Shown here: piece after piece, positions 16,080 to 23,805 of the stretch
How the letters are laid out: the number at the start of each line of letters is the position of its first letter
How positions within the stretch are numbered: the first letter of the stretch is position 1
Assembly (NCBI GenBank): GCA_039648995.1
Contig: JBBWZH010000059.1
Span: forward strand, 801-64,800
DNA length: 64,000 nucleotides
Source of the DNA: Mycobacteriales bacterium
Lineage (GTDB): Bacteria > Actinomycetota > Actinomycetes > Mycobacteriales > CADCTP01
Reading direction: 5' to 3'
Notes under the pieces: model-generated
What the model was told of the DNA's origin: nothing
The model's database searches: none
The model's input: only the letters and a program-made list of their open reading frames with translations
Made by a program: the position numbers and the translations under genes

Positions 16080-19000
16080 TCAGCGGGCGGCGGCCGCCGC
16101 GATCAGCGGCATGCCGTGCGCGGCGGCGATCCCGCCGGCCCGGGCCAGCAGCGCGGCGGCGTCGGCCGGCTCGCCGCGGGCAGCCGCGCACCGGCCGGCG
16201 ACCAGCAGGCCCTCGGCGAGCGGGCCGACCCAGCCGGCCCGCTCAGCGGCGGCCAGCAGCGGGGCCAGCGCGGCCAGCGCGCGGTCCGGTTCGGACAGTG
16301 CCAGCCAGGCGCGGGCCACCGCGAGGTAGGCGTCCGAGCCCATCAGCCAGGCCGCGCCGTCCGGCGCGACGATCCGGTCCAGCATCGCGCCGGCACGGTC
16401 CACATCGGACCGCAGCCCGGTCGCCTCGGCCAGCGGGCCGAGGCAGCGCAGCCGGTACGCCTCCGCGCCGTTGCGCTCGGCCACGGCCAGCCCGGCGGCC
16501 AGCACCCGGCCGGCCTCGTGCGGCTCGCCCGCGGCCAGCAGCGTGGCGCCGAGGAAGCCGGCCGCGGTGGCCGTCCACCACGGGTGGCCGCCGGTCGCCG
16601 CGGCCGCCAGCGCCCGCTCGCCACGCGCGAGCGCCGCGTCCAGCCGGCCCCGCAGCCGCTCGATCCAGCCGAGGTGGGCGAGGTACCACGGCTCGTACGC
16701 CAGGTACCCGCTGCGCCGGTTCACCGCCGCCGCACCGTCCACGCCGGACAGCGCGGTCTCCCAGTCACCGGCCGCCAGCGCCGGCAGCGCCGCCTCGAAC
16801 ACCGTCCACTGCAGCCGCCGGAGGTCGCCGCCCCGGCGCAGCAGCGGTTCCAGCTCGGCCAGCACCGGGGCCAGCCCAGCCAGGTCGCCGGTGTACGCGT
16901 GCGCGGTCTTCAGCCCGTCCAGCGCGTATGCCAGCGCCATGTCGTCCCGGCTGGCCCGGGCCGCGACCAGCGCCCGGCCGGCCCGCTGGTGCGCCCAGTC
17001 GAAGCGCAGCCGGCCGGTCGACAGCACCGCGAGCCGGGACTGCAGGTCGGCCTCCATCGTCCGGTCACCGAGCGCCCGGGCCAGCCGGATGCCGGACTCC
17101 AGGTACGGCCAGCAGTCCTGAATGGACCGGCCGCGGGCGATCAGCACGTCGCCGCCGAGTTCCCGCAGGGCCAGCATCTCGTGCCGCTGGTCGCCGGTCT
17201 CCCGGGCCAGTTCGGCCGACCGGGAGTAGTCGTCCCAGGCGCCGGCGTAGTCGGCCAGCGCCTCCCGGGCCCGGCCGCGGACCAGGTACGCCCGCACCAG
17301 CGTCTCCCCGCCGTCGGCCCGGGTCGCGGCGTCCATCGCCTGGCCGAGCAGCCGTTCGGCGTCCGAGAACGCGCAGTGCGCCAGCGCGTTCTCGGCGGCC
17401 AGCAGCCAACCGCGGCCGGCCCGCAGCCACTCGTCGACCGCGGCCGCGTGCGCCGCCATCGCCTCCGGCCGGTCGCCGAGCAGGTCGGCCGCGTGCCGGT
17501 GGTAGGCCACCCGGGTCGGCTCCGGCGTGGTCGCGTACAGCACCTCCTGCACGAGGTCGTTCGCGAACTCGTACGAGCCGCCGGCGACCACCACCAGCGC
17601 CGCCCGTAGCGCCTGCTCGCACCGGCGGGCCGCCTCGACCGGGCGGATGTCGAGCACCCGGGCCAGCAGCGCCGGGTCGAACGGCGGCCCGAGCACCGCG
17701 GCCGCGCGCAGCGCCTCCTCGGCCTCCGGCCCGGCCCGGCGCACCCGGGCGCCGACGGCCGCCTGCAGTGACCCCGGCACGCCGGTCTCGCCGGCGACCA
17801 GCCCGCGCAGCGTCTCGACGACGAACAGCGTGTGGCCGCGGGTCAGCTGGTGCAGCCGCTCGGCCAGCTCGGCCCGGCCGGCCGCGCCGGCCAGCTCCGC
17901 GACCGCGTCCGGCTGCAGCGGGCCGACCTCGACCCGGTCGGCCACGCCGGCCAGCAGCCCTTCGGCGTCCGCGCCCTCCTCGGTACGCAGCGTGGCCAGC
18001 ACCAGCAGCCGGCAGCCGGCCAGGTGCCGGGCCAGGTAGTGCAGGAACTCGACGGTGGCCAGGCCGGCGTTCTGCAGGTCGTCGAGCAGCAGCAGCACCG
18101 GCGCGCGGTCGGTCAGCCGGCGCAGGTACCCGGTCAGCGCCTCGAACGACCGCCGGCGCTGGATCTCCGGCGCGCTCGACTCGGCCGGCGGGTCGCCCAG
18201 CACGGCCGTCAGCTCCGGCACCAGGCCGGCCAGCGCCGGCGCCCACTCGCCGGCCAGCTCCCGCAGCACGGCCGGCGCCAACCGGCCGGCCGGCCCGCGC
18301 ACCGCCTCCACCAGCGGCTGCAGGAACAGCGACCGCTCGGTGTCGTAGCAGCGCGCCTGCAGCACCTGACCGCCGGTGCCGCCGGCCAGCCCGACCGCCT
18401 CGGCCGCCAGCCGGGTCTTCCCGATCCCGGCCACCCCGGTGACCAGCAGCACTCCGGGCCGGCCGGACGCCGCCGCCGACCACGCCCGCACCAGCCGCTC
18501 CCACTGCGCCGCCCGCCCCACCAGCGGCCCACCACCGCCGCCGAACGCGCCAGCCGTCCCGCCGGCCCACCCGCCCGGCCCGGCCAGGCCGGTGCCGTCG
18601 GCCACTCCGGCCCCGGCCCAGTCGGCCAGTCCGGCCACTCCGGCCCCGGCCCAGTCGGCCAACCCGCCCGACCCGGAGCCGGCCGGTCCGGAGCCGGCCG
18701 GTCCGGAGCCGGCAGGCCCGGCGCCGAAGGCGTCGGGAGGGACGCCATTGGACTGACCGCCGGGAACGCCGGGCCCGCCGGTGCCGCCCGGCTTGGTGGC
18801 GCCGCCGGGTGCGGCCTGGTCCTGGTGGCTTCCCCGGATCGGGTGCTCGCGCAGGATCGACAGGTGTAGGGCGCGGAGGTCCGGCGCGGGGTCGACGCCG
18901 AGATCGTCGGCCAGCCGATCACGTAACCGGGCGTACGCGGTGAGCGCCCGGGCCGGCTCGCCGCCGCGCTGGTGGGCGAGCATCAGCAGCCGGTGCGCGG

Positions 19001-19607
19001 GCTCGTCCAGCGGGTCGGTGTCGACCAGCAGTTCGGCGAGCCGGGCCGCGGCGGCCGGTTCGCCCACCGCGAGCGCGGCCGCGGCCGCGCTGTGGCGGGC
19101 CCGGCGCAGCAGGTCGGCCGCCTCCGCCCGGGCCGGGCCGGCCCACTCGGCCGGCTCGTCGGTCAACGCCACGCCGTCGGCGAGCAGCGCGAGCGCCCGC
19201 TGCGCCGCGGCCAGCGCCAGCCCCGGCTGACCGCCGCTGAGCCGGGCCCCGGCCGCGGCCACCGCCCGGGCCGCCTCGTCCAGGTCGATCGCGGCCGCGT
19301 CCCCCAGCCGGTAGCCGGACCCGATGCCCTCCACGACCGGCCCGCCCAGGGTCGCGCGCAGCCGGCTGACCAGGGTCGCGACGTTCTGCGCCGGGTGCCG
19401 CGGCGGCAGGCCGGCCCAGATCTGGTCGACGATCCGGTCGGTCGGCACGACCCGGCCGCGCTGCACCACCAGCAGCGCCAGCAGCTGCCGGGCCTTGCGG
19501 CTGCCGACCTCGGTGCCGGCCAGCAGCCGGCCGTCCCGGAGCACGCCGAACGGGCCGAGCAGGCGGAACGACAGCCCCTGGGCGCCGGCCGCCCCGTCCA
19601 TCGTCAC
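16080..19607 (-). CDS. SARP (OmpR-type wHTH + BTAD) / AAA ATPase / TPR large regulator
   Basis: FRLLGPFGVLRDGR...SRKARQLLALL wHTH, then a BTAD region, a Gly/Pro/Ala linker with tandem repeats, the P-loop LLVTGVAGIGKTRLA, and a long helical-repeat C-terminus. The start is GTG 19607 or ATG 19601. Confidence 0.85.
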   Translation of the reverse strand: MTMDGAAGAQGLSFRLLGPFGVLRDGRLLAGTEVGSRKARQLLALLVVQRGRVVPTDRIVDQIWAGLPPRHPAQNVATLVSRLRATLGGPVVEGIGSGYRLGDAAAIDLDEAARAVAAAGARLSGGQPGLALAAAQRALALLADGVALTDEPAEWAGPARAEAADLLRRARHSAAAAALAVGEPAAAARLAELLVDTDPLDEPAHRLLMLAHQRGGEPARALTAYARLRDRLADDLGVDPAPDLRALHLSILREHPIRGSHQDQAAPGGATKPGGTGGPGVPGGQSNGVPPDAFGAGPAGSGPAGSGPAGSGSGGLADWAGAGVAGLADWAGAGVADGTGLAGPGGWAGGTAGAFGGGGGPLVGRAAQWERLVRAWSAAASGRPGVLLVTGVAGIGKTRLAAEAVGLAGGTGGQVLQARCYDTERSLFLQPLVEAVRGPAGRLAPAVLRELAGEWAPALAGLVPELTAVLGDPPAESSAPEIQRRRSFEALTGYLRRLTDRAPVLLLLDDLQNAGLATVEFLHYLARHLAGCRLLVLATLRTEEGADAEGLLAGVADRVEVGPLQPDAVAELAGAAGRAELAERLHQLTRGHTLFVVETLRGLVAGETGVPGSLQAAVGARVRRAGPEAEEALRAAAVLGPPFDPALLARVLDIRPVEAARRCEQALRAALVVVAGGSYEFANDLVQEVLYATTPEPTRVAYHRHAADLLGDRPEAMAAHAAAVDEWLRAGRGWLLAAENALAHCAFSDAERLLGQAMDAATRADGGETLVRAYLVRGRAREALADYAGAWDDYSRSAELARETGDQRHEMLALRELGGDVLIARGRSIQDCWPYLESGIRLARALGDRTMEADLQSRLAVLSTGRLRFDWAHQRAGRALVAARASRDDMALAYALDGLKTAHAYTGDLAGLAPVLAELEPLLRRGGDLRRLQWTVFEAALPALAAGDWETALSGVDGAAAVNRRSGYLAYEPWYLAHLGWIERLRGRLDAALARGERALAAAATGGHPWWTATAAGFLGATLLAAGEPHEAGRVLAAGLAVAERNGAEAYRLRCLGPLAEATGLRSDVDRAGAMLDRIVAPDGAAWLMGSDAYLAVARAWLALSEPDRALAALAPLLAAAERAGWVGPLAEGLLVAGRCAAARGEPADAAALLARAGGIAAAHGMPLIAAAAAR
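18600..18719 (-). repeat. in-frame tandem repeats in the regulator linker
   Basis: A 33-bp unit occurs twice (18600-18665, encoding LADWAGAGVAG). A 15-bp unit GGAGCCGGCCGGTCC occurs three times (18675-18719, encoding GPAGS). Confidence 0.8.
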
Positions 19608-19797
19608 CGCGTCACCCCCGCTCGCGCCGATTCTGCCGGTCCGGGCGGTGCGCGGCCGGTGCCTGCCGGGAAAACCGGCGCAGCGTCCGGATCGACCGGA
19701 CCACCGTCACCTGACGTTACGGCGACCCGAAGGCGGCCTTAGACCGCGTGCGGATCGTTGCCGCCGAACCGCTATCAACCGAAGGTGAGGGGACGGG

Positions 19798-20403
19798 ATG
19801 AGCGTACGTCAGGCGTCACGATGGCGCCGGCTGTGGTGGGGGCGCCGGGTCGGCACCGCGCTGGTACTGGCCGCGGGCGTGGCCGGCGGGGTGGCGTTGG
19901 CCGCCGTGCCAGCGCAGGCAGCGTCCGGGGTGTTCATCCACCCGGAGTGGGTCGACGGGTGCCCGGGCTGCCCGGGGCCGATCTTCCTGGTGCAGCGTGA
20001 GCTGGACCAGCGCGCGGTCGTCGCGGTAACCGGCAAGGTGCAGGCCGGCCTGTCCGGGCTGGTCACGGCCCTCCATCAGCGAGACCCGGCCGCCGCCAAG
20101 AAACTGCACGAGGGCGCGATCGTCAACCTGACCGGGGCGGCGAAGCTGACCGGCTACGCGGGGTTCAGCGCGGTGGCCGACGGCGACGACGTGGAGCTGT
20201 GCCCGCGCTGGTGGCCGTGGCCGATCCCGGGTCCGCCGCCGTGGCGGGACGTGGAGGGCGACCTGGCCGATGGCATCACGCTGATCGGGCAGGCGGCGAT
20301 CACCAAGGACGTCGACGTGGCCGCCCAACTGCGGGCCAAGGGGATCGAGGAACTGGACGCCGGAGCGGCGGGCCTGGACGCCTACCAGGGCTGCACCGGC
20401 TGA
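19798..20403 (+). CDS. small secreted protein with N-terminal CPGCPG motif (unknown family)
   Basis: ATG after GAGGGGA. Signal peptide ...VALAAVPAQA/AS. The mature N-terminus is GVFIHPEWVDGCPGCPGPIF. The 3' end overlaps the convergent regulator gene by 22 nt. Confidence 0.65.
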   Translation: MSVRQASRWRRLWWGRRVGTALVLAAGVAGGVALAAVPAQAASGVFIHPEWVDGCPGCPGPIFLVQRELDQRAVVAVTGKVQAGLSGLVTALHQRDPAAAKKLHEGAIVNLTGAAKLTGYAGFSAVADGDDVELCPRWWPWPIPGPPPWRDVEGDLADGITLIGQAAITKDVDVAAQLRAKGIEELDAGAAGLDAYQGCTG

Positions 20404-23087
20404 CCGGTGGTAGAGCCGGCCGGTGCCGGGCCGGTGGGGGGCGGCGACTCTGGCGGGTCGCCGCCCCCGGCATCCCGGTCGGCGTTCCAGCGGCCGTCGG
20501 CAGCGCCACGGCGGGCGGCGGCACCACGGCGGGGAGCCGGAGCCGGCATGGCGGCCGGCTCCACACCGATCTCGGCCATCCGGGCGGTGTAGCCGCAGTG
20601 CGCGCGGCGGGCGTCGCCATACCGGCCGGCCGCGGCCAGCACCGACACCATGGCCAGGTGCGCCGGCTCGTCGTACGGGTCGTGGTCGAGCAGCCGGATC
20701 AGCACGAGCACGGCCTGGTCGGTGTCACCGGCCGCGCCGGCGTCCTCGGCCTGCGCGCGCAGCACGGCCAGGTGCGCGGCGCGGGCCTCCTCGCGCAGCG
20801 CGTGCGCCCAGTCCGCGTACACGTCTTCCTCCAGCACGTCGCCGCGGTAGGTCGCGGCGGCCCGACGCAGCAGCGCGCCGGCCACTGAGGTGCCGGCCGA
20901 CCGGGCCCGCAGTCCATTGATCGCATCACGCAGAAAGGTCTCAACATCAACGTCAAGCCGATTCAGGGCGAGCGTCACGCTGCCGTCCTCGGTGACGACG
21001 TAGTGGCCGGCCGGGTGGGTGCGGTCCGGGTCGAGCACCCGCCGGACCGTCGCCAGCGCCACCGAGAGCCGGTTGGCCAGCACGTCCGGCTCGTGCTCGT
21101 CCGGCCAGAGCAGCTCGACCAGCCGGCCGCGCGGGATGGCCCGCCCGCGCCGGGCCAGCAGGATCTTCAGCAGCTCCCGGGCCTTGCGCGACTGCCACTC
21201 GGTGTCGGCCACCGGCTCCCCGCCGCGGTTGATCTCGAACCGGCCGAGCACCCGGACGGCCACCCGCGGCGGCGCGCACCGGTACACGGCGGCGAGCAAC
21301 CCGGCGCCATGCGGCCCGGGCACCCGGACGCCGAGCCCGGCCAGCTCGGCCGCCGCCGCATCGGCCTCGCCGGCTGCCTCCCCGGACGAGTCGGCGGGGG
21401 CGGCCGAGCCGAACAGCCGGCCCAGCGCGTACCGGACCCGGAACGCGCCGACCGGATGGCCGATCTCCCGCCAGACCGAGCGCGCCTCCGTCAGCAGCCA
21501 GCGGGCCCGGTCGTCGGGCTGCCCCGGCTCGGGCCGGGCCGACCACTGGCAGAGCGCCTCCAGCTCCAGCGCCTCAGCCAGCGTCGCCCGGTCCCGGCGC
21601 GGGCCCGCGGCCGCGGCGACCCGGCGGGCCAGCGCCTGCGCCTCGGTCGCGGACCCGTCCTGCAGGTGCAGCCAGCCCACGGTCAGCTCGACGGCCGGCT
21701 GCCGGTCGCCGGCGTCGCGGAGCGCCTGCCGGGCCAGCGTCCAGGCGGCCGGCAGGTCGTGCGCGGCCAGCACCCGGGCCAGGCCGGTGACCGCGGGCAC
21801 CCAGGCCTGCGAGTCGGTCGCCTCGCCGGTGGCGATCGCCTCCTCATAGGCCGCCCGGGCCAGCGCCAGGTCACCCCGTTCCCGGTACGCGTCGCCCAGC
21901 CCGACCAGCGCGTACGCGATCATGCGGCTGCCGATCGACTGGAACGCCGCCTTGCTCCGCTCGAACGCGGCCACCGCGTCGCCGAACTGCCCGAGCTGCA
22001 GCAGGCACAGGCCGAGGTTGCTGCAGCACAGGCCGACCGCGACGACGAACCCGATCCGCTCGGCCAGCCGGGCGGCGTGGTCCAGCTCGATCACGGCCTC
22101 GGCCGGACAGCCCTCCTCCAGGAAATGCGAGCCGCGGTTGGCCCTGATCCGGACCACCTGCAGCAGGTCGCCGGCCCGCTCGGCGGCGTCGAGGGCGAGC
22201 GCCCAGTGCCGGCCGTTGCCGCTGCGGTCGCCGGCCAGCTTCGCGGCCATCGCGAGCGCGGAGTGCGCGGCGGCGAGCGCGGCGCCGTCACCGCAGCGGG
22301 CCGCGGCCGCCCGGGCCCGGCCGGCGAACCGGTCGCAGCCGGCCCGGTCGCCGAGCATCCAGCAGGCGGTGGCCGACCACGCCAGCAGCAGCGCCTCGTC
22401 CAGCGTGTCCTCCCGGTCCAGCCGGCCCCGGGCGTACGCGGCCAGCGCAGCGCCGGGTTCGCCGGCCTGGTAGCTGACCAGCCCCATCCGCCAGGCGACC
22501 GCCGCCGGCATCGGCCGCCCACCGTCCACCGGCGCCACCGGCCCCCGCCCGGGCCCGCTGCCCACCGGCGCCGCCGGCGCTGCCGGCTCCTGGCTGGGCC
22601 CGCTGCCCACCGGGGCCACTGGGCCCCGACCGGGCCCACCGTCCACCGGCGCCTCCGGCCCCCGACCGGGCCCGCCGTCCGCCGGGCGCTGGTCAGGCAC
22701 GGCGTCGGTGGACGGGGTGGGCCCGGCGGCACCGCGGGGCGTCGCGGTGCCGCCGGACGTCTCGGCGGCCTGCCGGCAGATCGCCAGCGCACCCTCAGCG
22801 TCGCCGCGGACCTGGCGGGCGTTGGCGAGCAGGGTCAGCCGGGCCGGGGTGAGGGCGGCCGGCGGTAGCGCGCCCACCGCCTCCTCGACCGCGAGCAGGT
22901 GGCCGGCGGCGAGGATGCGGCTGCCGGAGCCGTCCAGGATGCGCCCGACCTCGGCCGGGTCACCGCCGGCGACGGCCGACCGCAGCGCGGCCGCGAGGTC
23001 TTCGTACGGCAGGTCGGGGTAGTGCGCGGCGGGCAGCGCAGTGGGGTCGGGGCCGAGGGTTGCCCACTCGGCGAGCGGCGTCACCAT
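20382..23087 (-). CDS. TPR-containing regulator with C-terminal SARP module (wHTH + BTAD)
   Basis: ATG at 23087. The N-terminal region is followed by a Pro/Gly repeat linker, TPR-like repeats, then VRVLGRFEINRGGEPV...WQSRKARELLKILL (wHTH) and a BTAD-like end (RLLDHDPYDEPAHLAMVSVLAAAGRYGDARR). Confidence 0.75.
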   Translation of the reverse strand: MVTPLAEWATLGPDPTALPAAHYPDLPYEDLAAALRSAVAGGDPAEVGRILDGSGSRILAAGHLLAVEEAVGALPPAALTPARLTLLANARQVRGDAEGALAICRQAAETSGGTATPRGAAGPTPSTDAVPDQRPADGGPGRGPEAPVDGGPGRGPVAPVGSGPSQEPAAPAAPVGSGPGRGPVAPVDGGRPMPAAVAWRMGLVSYQAGEPGAALAAYARGRLDREDTLDEALLLAWSATACWMLGDRAGCDRFAGRARAAAARCGDGAALAAAHSALAMAAKLAGDRSGNGRHWALALDAAERAGDLLQVVRIRANRGSHFLEEGCPAEAVIELDHAARLAERIGFVVAVGLCCSNLGLCLLQLGQFGDAVAAFERSKAAFQSIGSRMIAYALVGLGDAYRERGDLALARAAYEEAIATGEATDSQAWVPAVTGLARVLAAHDLPAAWTLARQALRDAGDRQPAVELTVGWLHLQDGSATEAQALARRVAAAAGPRRDRATLAEALELEALCQWSARPEPGQPDDRARWLLTEARSVWREIGHPVGAFRVRYALGRLFGSAAPADSSGEAAGEADAAAAELAGLGVRVPGPHGAGLLAAVYRCAPPRVAVRVLGRFEINRGGEPVADTEWQSRKARELLKILLARRGRAIPRGRLVELLWPDEHEPDVLANRLSVALATVRRVLDPDRTHPAGHYVVTEDGSVTLALNRLDVDVETFLRDAINGLRARSAGTSVAGALLRRAAATYRGDVLEEDVYADWAHALREEARAAHLAVLRAQAEDAGAAGDTDQAVLVLIRLLDHDPYDEPAHLAMVSVLAAAGRYGDARRAHCGYTARMAEIGVEPAAMPAPAPRRGAAARRGAADGRWNADRDAGGGDPPESPPPTGPAPAGSTTGQPVQPW
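22518..22680 (-). repeat. nested in-frame direct repeats (Pro/Gly linker)
   Basis: The roughly 42-nt block CCCACCGTCCACCGGCGCC(A/T)CCGGCCCCCG(C/A)CCGGGCCCGC occurs at 22518 and 22635 (period 117 nt). It encodes PVDGGPGRGP(V/E)AP-type units. Confidence 0.75.
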
Positions 23088-23137
23088 GCCCGGTGCCCGG
23101 CACGCGCCGGGCTGCGGTTGAGCAGAGCCATGGCAAT

Positions 23138-23212
23138 GTTGTACGAAGCCCCGGCTGCAGGGCAGTTGTGCCCGTTGTCCCCGGCAGGCGGTCGCCACAA
23201 CGTTTTCACAAC
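23138..23212. promoter_or_regulatory. mirrored CACAAC/GTTGTN hexamer repeats in divergent promoter region
   Basis: GTTGTA 23138, GTTGTG 23165, GTTGTC 23174, CACAAC 23196, CACAAC 23207. The last two are spaced exactly 11 bp. The region is an AT-rich island between genes starting at 23087(-) and 23296(+). Confidence 0.45.
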
Positions 23213-23295
23213 ATGCCCGGTCCACGATCTCTTCGGACCGGGGGGACGGTCTGTCGCTGCCGAAAGACGGTGGCGGCCGGGAACAGGGGGGTTAG

Positions 23296-23805
23296 GTGCG
23301 AACGGTTCTTCGGCGGCTCGGTGCGGTGTTCGCCGTGACGAGCGGAATAGCAGCGAGTGTGGTCGGTGTGGGGGCCGGCCAAGCTCAGGCGGCGTGCGAC
23401 GACGCGCGGCTGGTGAGCATCGAGGGGTACCGGGCCGCCGAAGGCACCGCGGTCCAGAAGGGCCAGCTCACCCCGTTCATCTTCACCGTGACGAGCTCGG
23501 CCTGCCCGCAGGAGGGGTCGGTGCAGTTCGAGACCGTCGCGTACACGGCCGACCGGACCGACTTCGTCAGTCAAGCCGGAGCGGTCTCGTTCAAGCCTGG
23601 CGATCCCAGCAAGCAGGTGATTGTCGTTCAGGTCGTGCCGGACTCGAAACCGGAGCGGAACGAGTGCTTCTCGGTGCGGCTGTCGAAGCCGGCCGGCCGG
23701 ATCGTGATACCCGAGGGCCGTGGTGAGGCGGCCGGGATCATCGTCGACGACGACACCCCGGCCAACAAGACGCCGATCGGCGGCGGCTTCATATGCTCGG
23801 AGTAA
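23296..23805 (+). CDS. secreted single Calx-beta-like domain protein
   Basis: GTG start after GGGGGG. Signal peptide ...GAGQAQA/A. The blocks EGTAVQKGQLTPFIFTVT...VSFKPGDPSKQVIVVQVVPDSKPERNECFSVRLS resemble a Calx-beta repeat. Confidence 0.65.
   Translation: MRTVLRRLGAVFAVTSGIAASVVGVGAGQAQAACDDARLVSIEGYRAAEGTAVQKGQLTPFIFTVTSSACPQEGSVQFETVAYTADRTDFVSQAGAVSFKPGDPSKQVIVVQVVPDSKPERNECFSVRLSKPAGRIVIPEGRGEAAGIIVDDDTPANKTPIGGGFICSE

Noticed and set aside
16073-18442. 789-aa plus-strand ORF (and similar ones at 15921..17609 and 17065..18570).
   Set aside because: They are almost pure Arg/Pro/Ala strings antisense to, or out of frame with, the SARP/AAA regulator, which has a recognisable wHTH, BTAD and P-loop.
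18600-18719. Tandem repeats here, and at 22518-22680, 46966-47019 and 53200-53530, considered as CRISPR arrays or VNTR-type intergenic repeats.
   Set aside because: All lie inside open reading frames with periods that are multiples of 3. They have no unique spacers of 25-40 nt, and no cas genes are present. They are in-frame low-complexity coding repeats.
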